Origin: a virus
Virus record (IMG/VR): IMGVR_UViG_3300036893_000049
Location: 21,260 to 85,259 of that record
DNA: 64,000 nt
Reading direction: 5' to 3' (one strand)
The notes under the pieces: generated by a model
Told to the model about the DNA's origin: nothing
The model's database searches: none
Seen by the model: the letters and a program-made list of their open reading frames with translations, nothing else
Translations under genes and position numbers: made by a program
Part shown: positions 30,853 to 40,732 of the stretch, in pieces
How positions within the stretch are numbered: position 1 is the stretch's first letter
How the letters are laid out: each line of letters begins with the position of its first letter

Positions 30853-32210
30853 TGAAATATATCTGGGGGCTTCTGGCCGGGATTTTTATTGGTGCCGCCG
30901 TAGTGGCGCAAACGCCACTTAGCGGCCCGCTGCTTATTCAAAAGAATTTCAGCGAGATCGCGACAAACGGAACGCAGGCGGCAGCGATTGCTAATCTCGG
31001 GCTCGCGCCGATTTCTCCTGGCACCGGGACTGGCAATCTTTTGATTGGCGCGACAGGAAATACCGGACTGTCGGCATCATACAACATCTTTGGCGGCTAC
31101 AGGACCGGCGTAAATGTCACGACATGCACAACCGGCCTTCCGCCGGGGTTCGATGTCGCGCTTGGGTATAACGACCTTCCCAACGATGCCGGGTGTGAAA
31201 ATATCGCGGTGGGCGGCCAGATTTTAGGGGCCAATATCGGCGGGCATAATAACGGCGGCCTCGGGGAGGATGTTCTTGGCGGTGTCACGTCAGGGGTTGG
31301 AATTTGGGGTTTTGGTCATGGCGTCGGTGGTCAGGACGGCACGTATGCGATCACCGGAGCCATGGACCTTTGGATGCTGGAAGGGGCCTGCGGTTATTGC
31401 AGCGGCGCGATATCGGATACAATCTATATAGGCCGGTACGCCGGAGCAGGGGCACCGGCAAATCACAACACGGCAAGCGGAAACATCGGCATAGGAAGTC
31501 TTTCGCTGGAGAATGTTTCAACGGGAACCGGTGAAGTCGCCGTGGGTGCCGGGACATTGACAGGCTCGTCGTCCGCGCCATTGACAGGTACTAATAATAC
31601 CGCGATCGGAAACGGCGCTGGAAATGCGGTCCAGGGATCGGGGAACGCTAATACAATGATAGGAGATCAGGTTTTTTCTCAGTTGACAACAGGACAACAA
31701 AACGCGGGGCTCGGAGCCTTCGTTGGTTTTAATTGCATAACCTGTATTTCCGACATTCTGATCGGGTACAATACGGCATCTTCGATCCTGACCAGCGGGT
31801 CCGGCAATATCATGATCTGTAACAACTGCGATGTTCCAGCGTCAAATACGAGCAACTGGCTCAACATTGGGAACGCCGTCATGGCGGTTTTGAGTCCGCC
31901 GACAGTTGCATCTGGGTTCGGAACAAGCCCCAGCATCCCGAAGGGCGCCAGCACGCGCGCGTTCACGGTCAATGTCGGATCGGGTGGAAGTGCCACGACT
32001 GGCGTTTTGAATATGTCGCAAGCCATGCCAAACGGTTATATCTGCAAGGCGACCGATATCACCCACGCCGGTTCGTTCGTCACCGAGGCCGTTCCAGACG
32101 GGAGTAATCCGACGTTTGAAATTGACTTGTTGAACTACAGCCGGACAACGGGGCTCGCCATTGCCTGGACGGCAAACGATGTGATCACGGTAATGTGTGA
32201 GGGGTATTGA
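30849..32210 (+). CDS. Gly/Asn-rich beta-repeat fibre/adhesin-like protein with N-terminal signal-like peptide
   Basis: MMKYIWGLLAGIFIGAAVVAQ; repeated NTAIG/NIGIG units. Confidence 0.6.
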   Translation: MMKYIWGLLAGIFIGAAVVAQTPLSGPLLIQKNFSEIATNGTQAAAIANLGLAPISPGTGTGNLLIGATGNTGLSASYNIFGGYRTGVNVTTCTTGLPPGFDVALGYNDLPNDAGCENIAVGGQILGANIGGHNNGGLGEDVLGGVTSGVGIWGFGHGVGGQDGTYAITGAMDLWMLEGACGYCSGAISDTIYIGRYAGAGAPANHNTASGNIGIGSLSLENVSTGTGEVAVGAGTLTGSSSAPLTGTNNTAIGNGAGNAVQGSGNANTMIGDQVFSQLTTGQQNAGLGAFVGFNCITCISDILIGYNTASSILTSGSGNIMICNNCDVPASNTSNWLNIGNAVMAVLSPPTVASGFGTSPSIPKGASTRAFTVNVGSGGSATTGVLNMSQAMPNGYICKATDITHAGSFVTEAVPDGSNPTFEIDLLNYSRTTGLAIAWTANDVITVMCEGY

Positions 32211-32341
32211 AATGGTTGGCCTGAGGACGGCATCTGCTCAACGCATGAATCGCGGTGCGAATGTATCATCACAAGATCGAGCGGTTTCTGTTCAGCCTTC
32301 GAACCGAACCGCGTCGTCAGGCCCTCAGTAGGAGCGTTCGT

Positions 32342-32734
32342 ATGCGTAAAGGAATTATTTTTGCCGCGGGTCTGATGTGGACCGGATCGGTATTGGCGCA
32401 AGGCGTTCCAGGCGCTTATACCGGAAACGGATCGTTGTCGGTCACCACGACGCCCGCGCTCGTCAACACGATGACCGTGAATTCAACGGGTAAACCGCTC
32501 CCCGCGAATTTGAACAATGTCACGGTGTCCAATCCCGGTGGCGGAACGGTCGCGGTTTGTCCATCTGCCGGATCGGCGTCATGCACATGCTCGCAAAATG
32601 GCGTCGCGAACACCAACGGTCTGACGATCGGCGGCGGTCTGGGGGCATGGAGTTATGTGCTTCAAGGGGTCGCGTCCAATCTTCCAAAGATTGTCGCGTG
32701 TTCCGTGACTACCGTCGTGGAGTTTCAGTGGTGA
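32342..32734 (+). CDS. small beta-rich protein with signal-like peptide
   Basis: AGGAG RBS; MRKGIIFAAGLMWTGSVLAQ. Confidence 0.6.
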   Translation: MRKGIIFAAGLMWTGSVLAQGVPGAYTGNGSLSVTTTPALVNTMTVNSTGKPLPANLNNVTVSNPGGGTVAVCPSAGSASCTCSQNGVANTNGLTIGGGLGAWSYVLQGVASNLPKIVACSVTTVVEFQW

Positions 32735-35433
32735 TGAAATATGCTCTCGCTGCTCTGTTCGTTCTGATCGCCGGAACGGCCCAGGCGCAAATGGGTGCCG
32801 CGCCTGGTCCGCGCCCGCCGCAGGGTGGTGCGCCGGGAACGCTGGCTTGTTCTCTCGCCAATCCATCGCAATGTCCCGCCGCCGGTTCGCCAGGACAGAT
32901 ACAGGTCAACATCGCTGGCGTGCTGGGCGCTTATTCAGGACTGACTTATAACGGCACGACATTGACGCTGCCCAGCGGTTCAACGTTTACATCGTCGGGC
33001 CAAACGCTCGCGGGCAGCACGACCGCGACTGGCCCATTCTACACCGCCGCCGGTTGGCCCCTCCCTCCCTCCAATCTCCGCTCCCCAACCTCCTACGACG
33101 CCGCCCAATACGTATCCGGCCTCGCTTATTGGCTCGATCCGATCAGCGGGACGATCATGCTCAACAATGGCACTCAGGCCGCCGGGGGCGCGTTTTGGGA
33201 ACCTCGCGCCGTCGTAAGCGGTGCGGTCTACGATTTTACCGCGGCGAAGGTTGGCGATCTTCCTAACGCGATACATTGCGCCGGTCCTCGCGTCCTTAGC
33301 ACCAGATATTGGAGCGGCGCGCTCAGCGGGGGTCCGGCCGGGCCGACAACTGCCTATATTCGTGAGTTGATCCGTGCCAGCGATGGCACGACCCTTCTCA
33401 CGACCTCAATCGACGGGTCGAAAGAATACACGGCGGCGATTGACTCGTTCGGCGGGACCGTCGCGCAGGACTGGGTCGCCGAGATCGTCCGGTTTGGTCA
33501 ATGTGGGCCGACCACATACACGGATTACAATGAGACGGAATGGGAAGTTCCCCTTACGACCGCCTCGACCAGCACAACCGGAAATCCTCTGGTTTTCACG
33601 GTGCCGACCGCGACCGCGAGCGGTTCCGCTGCCAGTGCGACGCTTACCGCCGTCTCATCTTTTCCGGCGTGGTTGCCTGTTTCAAACTCATCGGTTTTTG
33701 ATGCGGTGAATGGTCCCGGAGGATTGAACCTCGCGACGATTACAGGCACCAACCTTTCGGCCAGTGGCACATGGTCGATCAGCGGGACGACGCTAACCAC
33801 TCCAAGTGCTACGGGAACCATTCAGATCGGCCAACAGCTTTCGTCAACGGCTGTCGCCAGTGGAAATAAAGTTGTCGTCGCCGGGACCATTATCACGGGC
33901 GGCAGCGGAACCAGTTGGACGGTTTCCATTTCTCAGACCGTTCCAAGTTCGCCCATGCTGGCCGCTACTCGGATCACCAATTACAGCACCGTGGCCTCGA
34001 CGCTGACGGTCTCGCCCAATCCGTCAGGAACGATCACGGCGGGGACGATATCCTACCAGCTTCCCGTCGCGCCGGGGATGGACATTTACGCTGCGGGGAC
34101 GCTGTTTTGCGAGGGGTTCCATGTCACTTACGTTTCGGGCGGGAACGTAGGACAGGCGAACTACGACCTCGAAACATCTTGCTATCTGGCGTCGGGGAGC
34201 AACGTCCTCATCGGGACCGGTGCGCTGGTCACTCCGCAGGCTATGGTCGGCAATCAACGCGCGTCCTGGTTCGACGAAGTGAACGATAACCGGGCGGTAG
34301 CGAGTGGGTATGCCGCTGGCGCGCTCCAACACGCCGACTTGTCGCCCAACACAACCGTCGCCGCTACCAACAATATGACAGTCCTCATGGAGGTCGGCAC
34401 CCGGAACGTCGGGCAGATATTCGATGGGTTTAGTCTGCTGTCATCTGGCCTCAATTCCAACGCTCTTGCGTTCTCTACAGGAGGCAATGGATACTCGGCT
34501 TTCCTCTACCCGCAACCCGGCCTTGGCGCATGGACCAGCGCGTTCGTTCACCGTGCGCCAGGACACCAGGGAGGATCGCTGATCTGGTTCAACGCAGCCT
34601 ATGCGAACTCGACAACAGGCAATATGACCGGCGGCATAGACGGCCTCGCGGTTGTTCCGGCGAACTATCAGGATGGGAACACGTCGCTCGCGGGTGGCTC
34701 GATGTGCGGAAATTTGGGCTTGCAATCGCAAACACCTCTGGCTTACGGGAATTGCTTATTGGGTGCCGATGTTATTTTCAGCCCGGCGGTGCCACCGGCT
34801 TTGCTTCCCCTCGCCAAAGCGGCGATGTATCGCGACAGCGGCATCATCCCTCAGTATGACGTGAGCATTCTCTTATACGACGGGTTCGCAGGCATAACGG
34901 GTATCAGTCAGACTTTTGCTGACCAACTTGAGGCCAAACACCCCAACTGGCACATCAACAATATATCGCCCCTTAGCTCCATGTGCAGCCAGGTGACGCA
35001 TTTTGCCAATTTGGCCACGGCACAGATTGACCCGGCCGCGGTAAATATCATCATCACGGGGATCAACCCGAACGATGCGTCAACGTCACTGGACCCGACG
35101 GTTCAGGAAGCCTGTATCGCTACTTTTATCACGGATGCGGTGGCGGCGGGGTTTGCAAAACCGTTCATCGTAGTCTGGAACTATAACTCCGGCTCGTGGA
35201 ATGGGACGACCCTCACCTATAATAATGCGCTGATCGCATGGGGAAACAGCGGCGCCATCGAGACCCTTGGCGGCATTCATATCGACACGACGGCGTGCGC
35301 CGTATCCTACACGCCGAACTCTATTTGGTCGCAGGATGGGTACTCGCAGATGCCGCACTGGCACGCTTGCGCCGCGACGATTATTGAAAAGCAGATCATG
35401 GATAACCTGCCCGTAGCGTTGAAGGGATATTGA
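32734..35433 (+). CDS. large Thr/Ser/Gly-rich spike or adhesin-like protein, possible C-terminal SGNH-like domain
   Basis: MKYALAALFVLIAGTAQAQ; C-terminal IIITGINPND and QDG...PHWH. Confidence 0.6.
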   Translation: MKYALAALFVLIAGTAQAQMGAAPGPRPPQGGAPGTLACSLANPSQCPAAGSPGQIQVNIAGVLGAYSGLTYNGTTLTLPSGSTFTSSGQTLAGSTTATGPFYTAAGWPLPPSNLRSPTSYDAAQYVSGLAYWLDPISGTIMLNNGTQAAGGAFWEPRAVVSGAVYDFTAAKVGDLPNAIHCAGPRVLSTRYWSGALSGGPAGPTTAYIRELIRASDGTTLLTTSIDGSKEYTAAIDSFGGTVAQDWVAEIVRFGQCGPTTYTDYNETEWEVPLTTASTSTTGNPLVFTVPTATASGSAASATLTAVSSFPAWLPVSNSSVFDAVNGPGGLNLATITGTNLSASGTWSISGTTLTTPSATGTIQIGQQLSSTAVASGNKVVVAGTIITGGSGTSWTVSISQTVPSSPMLAATRITNYSTVASTLTVSPNPSGTITAGTISYQLPVAPGMDIYAAGTLFCEGFHVTYVSGGNVGQANYDLETSCYLASGSNVLIGTGALVTPQAMVGNQRASWFDEVNDNRAVASGYAAGALQHADLSPNTTVAATNNMTVLMEVGTRNVGQIFDGFSLLSSGLNSNALAFSTGGNGYSAFLYPQPGLGAWTSAFVHRAPGHQGGSLIWFNAAYANSTTGNMTGGIDGLAVVPANYQDGNTSLAGGSMCGNLGLQSQTPLAYGNCLLGADVIFSPAVPPALLPLAKAAMYRDSGIIPQYDVSILLYDGFAGITGISQTFADQLEAKHPNWHINNISPLSSMCSQVTHFANLATAQIDPAAVNIIITGINPNDASTSLDPTVQEACIATFITDAVAAGFAKPFIVVWNYNSGSWNGTTLTYNNALIAWGNSGAIETLGGIHIDTTACAVSYTPNSIWSQDGYSQMPHWHACAATIIEKQIMDNLPVALKGY

Positions 35434-35465
35434 CATGCGCTGGCCCGCGACCGTGAAAGCGGGCA

Positions 35466-35822
35466 GTGTCCGGGGATGACGATCTCATCGGCCCTGAGTT
35501 TCCGCACGCCCCCGCCAACGACCGGTCGTTGCGCTCGCAAACCGACGCAAATTCTCATAAAAAAGACGTTAATCGCGCGTCAATGGAGGACGATACATCA
35601 ATTACGAGGCGTTCCGAGGATGAATCCGACCGGGCCTGGCTTCATGCACAGCGTGTCTCCGCTCTGGCGCATGCGGCGCGCAAGGCCAGCCGTTGGCGTG
35701 CGGTTAAACGGTTCGCGACCGCCGTTGGACTCGCCGCCACAACCGGAATGCCATGGACGGCATGGTTGACATGGATATGGGATCATCTCCGTCCAATCAT
35801 TCACGCGGCTACTGGCCCATGA
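35466..35822 (+). CDS. small membrane protein (holin-like)
   Basis: C-terminal hydrophobic segment; follows the tail module. Confidence 0.5.
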   Translation: MSGDDDLIGPEFPHAPANDRSLRSQTDANSHKKDVNRASMEDDTSITRRSEDESDRAWLHAQRVSALAHAARKASRWRAVKRFATAVGLAATTGMPWTAWLTWIWDHLRPIIHAATGP

Positions 35823-35983
35823 AATTGTTCGATTCCTGGTGTTCGATGTCCGACCGGCATCCGGTCAGATGTTCGATTTTACAGTTCGGTGGCGTCTCGT
35901 GCGTGTTCGTGGCGGTCTGTCTCTGGGCGGGGTCGGAGAATGCGCTGTTGACGCTGTGGCGGATGGTACGGGGATGGTGGTAA
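35819..35983 (+). CDS. small membrane protein
   Basis: One hydrophobic segment; ATGA-coupled. Confidence 0.45.
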   Translation: MKLFDSWCSMSDRHPVRCSILQFGGVSCVFVAVCLWAGSENALLTLWRMVRGWW

Positions 35984-35984
35984 C

Positions 35985-36308
35985 GTGGAGGCCGAGATCA
36001 AAGAATGGCTCCAAACGGTCGCGCCCTACATCGCAATCTTCGTGTCACTCTATATTGCGATTCGCGTTCAGGCCGTTCACAAGTTGGTCAATTCGGAAAT
36101 GGACCAGTTCCGGGCCACGCTAAAGCGGTTGGCCGAGGCGAACGAGGCCAGCGTCTTTCGTGCCGGGCAACAAAACGTCAGGGATGCCAATCGCAATACG
36201 GTGGTCGTCGCCGGGCAGGCTACGAGAGCGGCGGCAGAGGCAACGACAGCGGCGGCATCGGCGGTCGAGGCTGTCCAGGTTGGTCGTGATGGTCTCGGCC
36301 CCCAATAG
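35985..36308 (+). CDS. membrane-anchored protein
   Basis: N-terminal hydrophobic segment, then VHKLVNS motif. Confidence 0.55.
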   Translation: MEAEIKEWLQTVAPYIAIFVSLYIAIRVQAVHKLVNSEMDQFRATLKRLAEANEASVFRAGQQNVRDANRNTVVVAGQATRAAAEATTAAASAVEAVQVGRDGLGPQ

Positions 36309-36535
36309 CCTGACCGAATCGATGTCACTCAAGATGACCCCATCCCTGGCTCCAAACGGTCGCGAATCATGGCTTAGAGGTACGGTTGGAGCCTTCAACT
36401 CACCCCCGGCGGCCGTGGCGGATGGGCGAAGGCGTTGCATTTCGGGGCCGGTATCGGTAGGATACAACCCATCGCCGCCCAGCGATTTCGTTGCAGCCCC
36501 CGTGATACCGTTCCCCGGTGTCCGGGGGTTTTGCA

Positions 36536-36763
36536 TTACGCGGCCACGGCCTCAGCCGCACGGTGCTTGTAGGTTCGGGCGGCAATCCAACCATCGACAT
36601 CATTGCGCCGATAGAGAACGCGCCGTTGGCCTACCCGAACGAAGGGCGGTCCCTCACCGTCAATTCGCCACCGCAGCGTGGTACGATCATCAACGTGCAA
36701 CAAGGCGCACAATTGCGCATCGGTCAGGAATTCCCCTGACAGGTCCACAGTGTCATGCAACAT
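36536..36763 (-). CDS. AlpA/excisionase-like helix-turn-helix protein
   Basis: FLTDAQLCALLHVDDRTTLRWR...GPPFVRVG.RRVLYRR.DVDGWI. Confidence 0.85.
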   Translation of the reverse strand: MLHDTVDLSGEFLTDAQLCALLHVDDRTTLRWRIDGEGPPFVRVGQRRVLYRRNDVDGWIAARTYKHRAAEAVAA

Positions 36764-36970
36764 ATCTCTGTCCTTTGGTGACTGGGGCCGACGTGGCCCG
36801 CCGTCAAGGACATAGCGAACGGCAGTGTCCGCCCTCTACTGTCCGCAATCGCATGATTTTCAGACCGATTCCGGTCCTCTTTCAGGTGACGCTGCCATCT
36901 GAGTAATTTCCGATCCTCTCGCCCTCTCCTCTCCCGTGACATGGTGCGCCCATAATCTCGGGAGCGTGCC

Positions 36971-37165
36971 ATGATCGGTCTGTTGGTCAATCTGCTGATT
37001 CTGTGCCTCATCGTGGGGCTGATCTGGTGGGTCATCACCATGATCCCGCTTCCCGCGCCGTTCGCACTGATTGTCCGCGTCGTGTTCGCGGTGATCCTCG
37101 TCATCGCCCTCATAGATTGGCTGACCGGGTTTACTGGTGTTGGGCGGCGGTATCATATTCTTTGA
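36971..37165 (+). CDS. small two-TM membrane protein (Thivi_2564-like)
   Basis: LIVGLIWWVITMIPLPAPF; GGAG RBS. Confidence 0.7.
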   Translation: MIGLLVNLLILCLIVGLIWWVITMIPLPAPFALIVRVVFAVILVIALIDWLTGFTGVGRRYHIL

Positions 37166-37211
37166 GGGGTGGCGGCCCCCTAAGAATGTGCTATATGTTG
37201 AAAGGCCATAG

Positions 37212-37282
37212 GGCGAGCGCAGAGAGTCGAACCCTGGTCTCGGGGGTACGAGCCCCGCGTCCTACCGCTGAACGACGCTCGC
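37212..37282 (-). tRNA. tRNA-Thr (anticodon CGT), atypical 3' end
   Basis: Full cloverleaf: acceptor GCGAGCG/CGCTCGC, D-stem GTTC/GGAC, anticodon arm CGGGG-CTCGTAC-CCCCG, T arm CAGGG-TTCGACT-CTCTG. Confidence 0.85.
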
Positions 37283-37545
37283 CATATTGGCCGCCATAGC
37301 ACCATCTGGTGCCGACTATCCGGGCCGCTCCCTTCCACTTTCCTAGGGCGTTGGGGAGCGGCCCTTCTTATCCTCACCCCCGGCACGGGTAGTGACTCAG
37401 TTTGATTTTGGCTGCGGACGGAAGTCCTAGAGGCCAGGTACAAACATAGCTGTGTTGCGGGGTACGTTGCGAAGACGTTCTGTTTATCCTGTCTATTCTC
37501 TCAGATATCTACCACAATCATCGCTAGGCAACCAGCGGTGGAACC

Positions 37546-37758
37546 ATGCAACAAGCAGACCCTACGCATCCCAAACGTGATGCAGAGTTCACACACATCT
37601 CCGGTGGCAACGATAACGACGAGCCTCCGGTCAACGCGGTAGCGTTCACTGATTTGGCATCAGCGATGGGGATGGATGAGGACGCCTTGTTGCAGAGGTT
37701 TGCCGCGATCCTCCGCAAAAGAGAGGGTGGCGAAGATACAACCCCGGCGGAAGAGTGA
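37546..37758 (+). CDS. small acidic hypothetical protein
   Basis: ORF with GGTGGA upstream. Confidence 0.4.
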   Translation: MQQADPTHPKRDAEFTHISGGNDNDEPPVNAVAFTDLASAMGMDEDALLQRFAAILRKREGGEDTTPAEE

Positions 37759-38095
37759 CGCCGATGGACTGGGGTCAACTCCTGGATGGGGATCATCCAG
37801 GAGTCGCCAGTTCCGGGTCCTCGCGGAGAGAGCGTCTATCCCCCGCGCGAGAAACGGAGTCCAGGCGTGTGCGCGCTTGGCCCCACAGGTTCCCTGTGAG
37901 TCTGGTAGCACAAGTCTTGGCTCCTATCAAAGGGACTTTTGGGCTTTTGTGGCGTTTTTGATTCTGAGGTATGTGCCGCGACACTCGGTTGAGACGGCTG
38001 CCTTCGCGGTCGATTGGGCGTTTGGTCCACTCGGCTGAATTATAGACCCGATCACCTGACCACGCCATACGTCACCAGAACCACCTGAGGGGCGG

Positions 38096-38129
38096 ACGCT
38101 CCGGGGGAAACTCCGGGGCGTTTTTATTT
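38096..38129 (+). terminator. intrinsic terminator
   Basis: GC-rich stem with GAAA loop followed by TTTTTATTT. Confidence 0.7.
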
Positions 38130-38285
38130 GTCCTCCGCGATTCGCGCGATCTCCGCCAGCCTCTTCCGCAATCGCTCGATTTCCGCGGCGGCGTCAGCCA
38201 GCAAGACGTAGCCGATGCCGACTTCCTCCGCGGTCAGGCGGGGGTGGAGGCGGTAGAATCTCAGGCGATCGATCAGTCCGGGCAT
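38124..38285 (-). CDS. small phage protein
   Basis: LIDRLR...DAAAEIERLR; directly after the RtcB stop. Confidence 0.6.
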   Translation of the reverse strand: MPGLIDRLRFYRLHPRLTAEEVGIGYVLLADAAAEIERLRKRLAEIARIAEDK

Positions 38286-38286
38286 C

Positions 38287-39648
38287 TCAGTCTTTCCAAG
38301 GATCATCGATTCCGTCTCCCGCCATCGCCACGGCGAATGGCCGTAGTGTGTGCAGCACTCGCGTCGAGGCCGCGTGGTGAGCCAGCACTTCCGGCAAACG
38401 GCGATAAGCCATCGGACTTTCGTCCAGACCGCCGCCCGCCAGTAACACGCCGCGATCTTGCAACCACGCCTCCATCTGGGTACGGGTGAACGTGCGAATC
38501 GCTTGTTTCCGCCCGAATAATCGCCCGGCACCGTGGACCGTCGAGTAGAGCGCATCCTTCGCTTCTTGGCAGTCAACACCTTCCAAGATCACAGCGTCAT
38601 CGCCCATGGAGCCGCCAACAAAGCCCTTTTGGCCGGGGAAGGCTGGAGTTGCACCTTTTCGAACTACCCAGAGATCACGGCCGTTATGCGTTTCGCGCCA
38701 CGCGTAATTATGATGGTTGTGAACCATTTCGGTCACTGAGCCGCCGATGATCTGGCGAACACGTTCAACCACCCATTCACGACCGGCGTAAGAGTACCTT
38801 CCGGCCAATTGCATCGCCGCGATATAACGGCGGCCGACTTCACTATCTTCATCGACCACGGCGGGTGCAACGTTCATGCCGTCTTTCCCGCCAGCCGCTT
38901 TCAGATATCGTGTCGCGCTGGTGTGACCGAAACCGCGAGAACCGAAGTGGACGCCGATCCAAACGAAATCGTCTTCATCTCGCATGAGATCGACATAATG
39001 GTTGCCTGATCCGACCGTTCCTAGCTGTGCGACGGCTTTTGAGCGGTATTCACCCATGTCGGATTCGCGCCATGCGTCGCTGTCGTCAAAGAGTTCATGT
39101 TCCACGCGCTCCTCATTGGTGCGACCGACGCCGAATGAAATAACCTTGCGGACATCTTCAAGGATTGGATGGATACGATCCTGGATATCGGAAAATGGCG
39201 TGTCCAGGCGAACGGCCATGTTGCCGCATCCGATATCGAAACCGACACCGGAAATGCTGATCTGCTTTTCATAAGCGATCACGCCCCCAACAGGTTGCGC
39301 GTAACCAAGATGACCGTCCGCGCAAATCACGCCCTTAACCGCGTTGCCGATAGCCATGCAGTTTCGCATCTGAGCGATGGTGTTGGGATCGTGATCGCCG
39401 AAGATCGTCAGAGGACTGTCGCGGAATCGTTCCTCCTGCGGGCGCAGATTGACGATGCTGGCCGCGAGGTCCGCTGCCTCCCTGGCGTTTTGCGCCGAAC
39501 GGGCAGCATCGCGGAAATCGCACCATGCGGGCATACCCCGCTCACTGCCGGGTTTCGCGACACGCGAATCCGGATCGATGCCTTTAGCCTGGCACATTTC
39601 GCGTGCGGCGACTTCCAATGGATCGGCTCGACGTGTTGAAACAGACAT
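38287..39648 (-). CDS. rtcB: RtcB-family RNA ligase with N-terminal extension
   Basis: ADGHLGY, VGFDIGCG, GTVGSGNHY, HFGSRGFG, HNHHNY, RKGATPA, HGAGR, DESPMAYR. Confidence 0.95.
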   Translation of the reverse strand: MSVSTRRADPLEVAAREMCQAKGIDPDSRVAKPGSERGMPAWCDFRDAARSAQNAREAADLAASIVNLRPQEERFRDSPLTIFGDHDPNTIAQMRNCMAIGNAVKGVICADGHLGYAQPVGGVIAYEKQISISGVGFDIGCGNMAVRLDTPFSDIQDRIHPILEDVRKVISFGVGRTNEERVEHELFDDSDAWRESDMGEYRSKAVAQLGTVGSGNHYVDLMRDEDDFVWIGVHFGSRGFGHTSATRYLKAAGGKDGMNVAPAVVDEDSEVGRRYIAAMQLAGRYSYAGREWVVERVRQIIGGSVTEMVHNHHNYAWRETHNGRDLWVVRKGATPAFPGQKGFVGGSMGDDAVILEGVDCQEAKDALYSTVHGAGRLFGRKQAIRTFTRTQMEAWLQDRGVLLAGGGLDESPMAYRRLPEVLAHHAASTRVLHTLRPFAVAMAGDGIDDPWKD

Positions 39649-39669
39649 AACTCTCTCCTTCTATAAGGC

Positions 39670-39745
39670 ATCGCCGCACGGGACTCGAACCCGCCGCCTA
39701 TCCGTTAGTGGCCACTGTGCAGTTCCGACGTTTGCACACGGCGAT
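39670..39745 (-). ncRNA. tRNA-like structured element between the nucleotidyltransferase and rtcB
   Basis: Closing stem ATCGCCGT/GCGGCGAT, T arm GCGGG-TTCGAGT-CCCGT, stem GTGCA/TGCAC; no canonical anticodon arm. Confidence 0.6.
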
Positions 39746-39751
39746 ATGGGA

Positions 39752-40732
39752 TCACAAAATCGCGGTTCGATAAGCATCCTTCACGATAGCGTCGATCACG
39801 CCGTGGTCCGGCGTCTCGGGCAGTGCGGATACCTCCTCCTCTGCTTCTACTCGTTCCAACAAATCCTCGATTTCCTCCGCGACGGCGGCATAGGGCAGTT
39901 CGCCTTTCTTGATCGCCAGAATATGCTTGGCGTTCAGCAGTGGAAAGGTGATATGGCCAGATCGCAACAGTTCCAGAGCCTCGCCGCCAACTCGCACCGC
40001 ATGAGAAAGCGCCTTCCAATCGACGTTTTCGTTACGTTCGGCCTGCAACGCGCGGGCGCCATATTCGTCCAGTAGTCGAACATAGATCGCGCGCGTATCC
40101 TTCAACGATGTGAAGAACGGTGCCTTACGGTTACAGCATTCAAGATGCGGGATCGGATCGGGACGGCTTGGATGCGGGATAAATATGATCGCGGTATGAT
40201 CGAGTTTATGTTCCGCGATGAACGTAGGCAGCGTGTCTGCCGCGATCTCCAACTTTGCCAGATGCCCGTATTCCATGATGGCCTGGTCAAACCAATTCAC
40301 GATCTCGCGGGCGGCATGAACGCGCGAGCCTTTGATTCCATATTTGTTTGCCTGAGTTCGGCAATAGCCAATGAAGCTGGCGGCACGACGGCTCAACAAC
40401 TGATGGCGACAATCCCAGATACGGCCCCAGATCGGATCGGGATCGCATGTCATAGCCCATCGTGGCGCAAACAGCATGTCCAGAGCAACGGTCTGCCCTT
40501 CTGCCAGCAATGACAAATACCGATGGAGCGCATAAGCCTCCCGGTCGATATCGCCCGCGACGTTCTTTTCGCCAGTCTGCTTGGGTCGTTTGTCTGTTAC
40601 CGTCGCTTTAACGCGTTGCAATAGGATCGCGTCCGCGTCTGGCACAAACACGGTTTTGTAATCCACGTCCGACGCTGGCGTGGACGTGCCGTAGAGGTGC
40701 GAGCCAAACTTGATCTCGACAAGGGTTTTCAC
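39752..40732 (-). CDS. Pol-beta superfamily nucleotidyltransferase (RlaP/Nuc-transf-like)
   Basis: GSHLYGTSTPASDVDY, DWKALSHAVR, ILAIKKG. Confidence 0.9.
   Translation of the reverse strand: MKTLVEIKFGSHLYGTSTPASDVDYKTVFVPDADAILLQRVKATVTDKRPKQTGEKNVAGDIDREAYALHRYLSLLAEGQTVALDMLFAPRWAMTCDPDPIWGRIWDCRHQLLSRRAASFIGYCRTQANKYGIKGSRVHAAREIVNWFDQAIMEYGHLAKLEIAADTLPTFIAEHKLDHTAIIFIPHPSRPDPIPHLECCNRKAPFFTSLKDTRAIYVRLLDEYGARALQAERNENVDWKALSHAVRVGGEALELLRSGHITFPLLNAKHILAIKKGELPYAAVAEEIEDLLERVEAEEEVSALPETPDHGVIDAIVKDAYRTAIL

Noticed and set aside
28797-35433. Diversity-generating retroelement or invertible fibre cassette
   Set aside because: No reverse transcriptase, invertase or template/variable repeat pair recognised.
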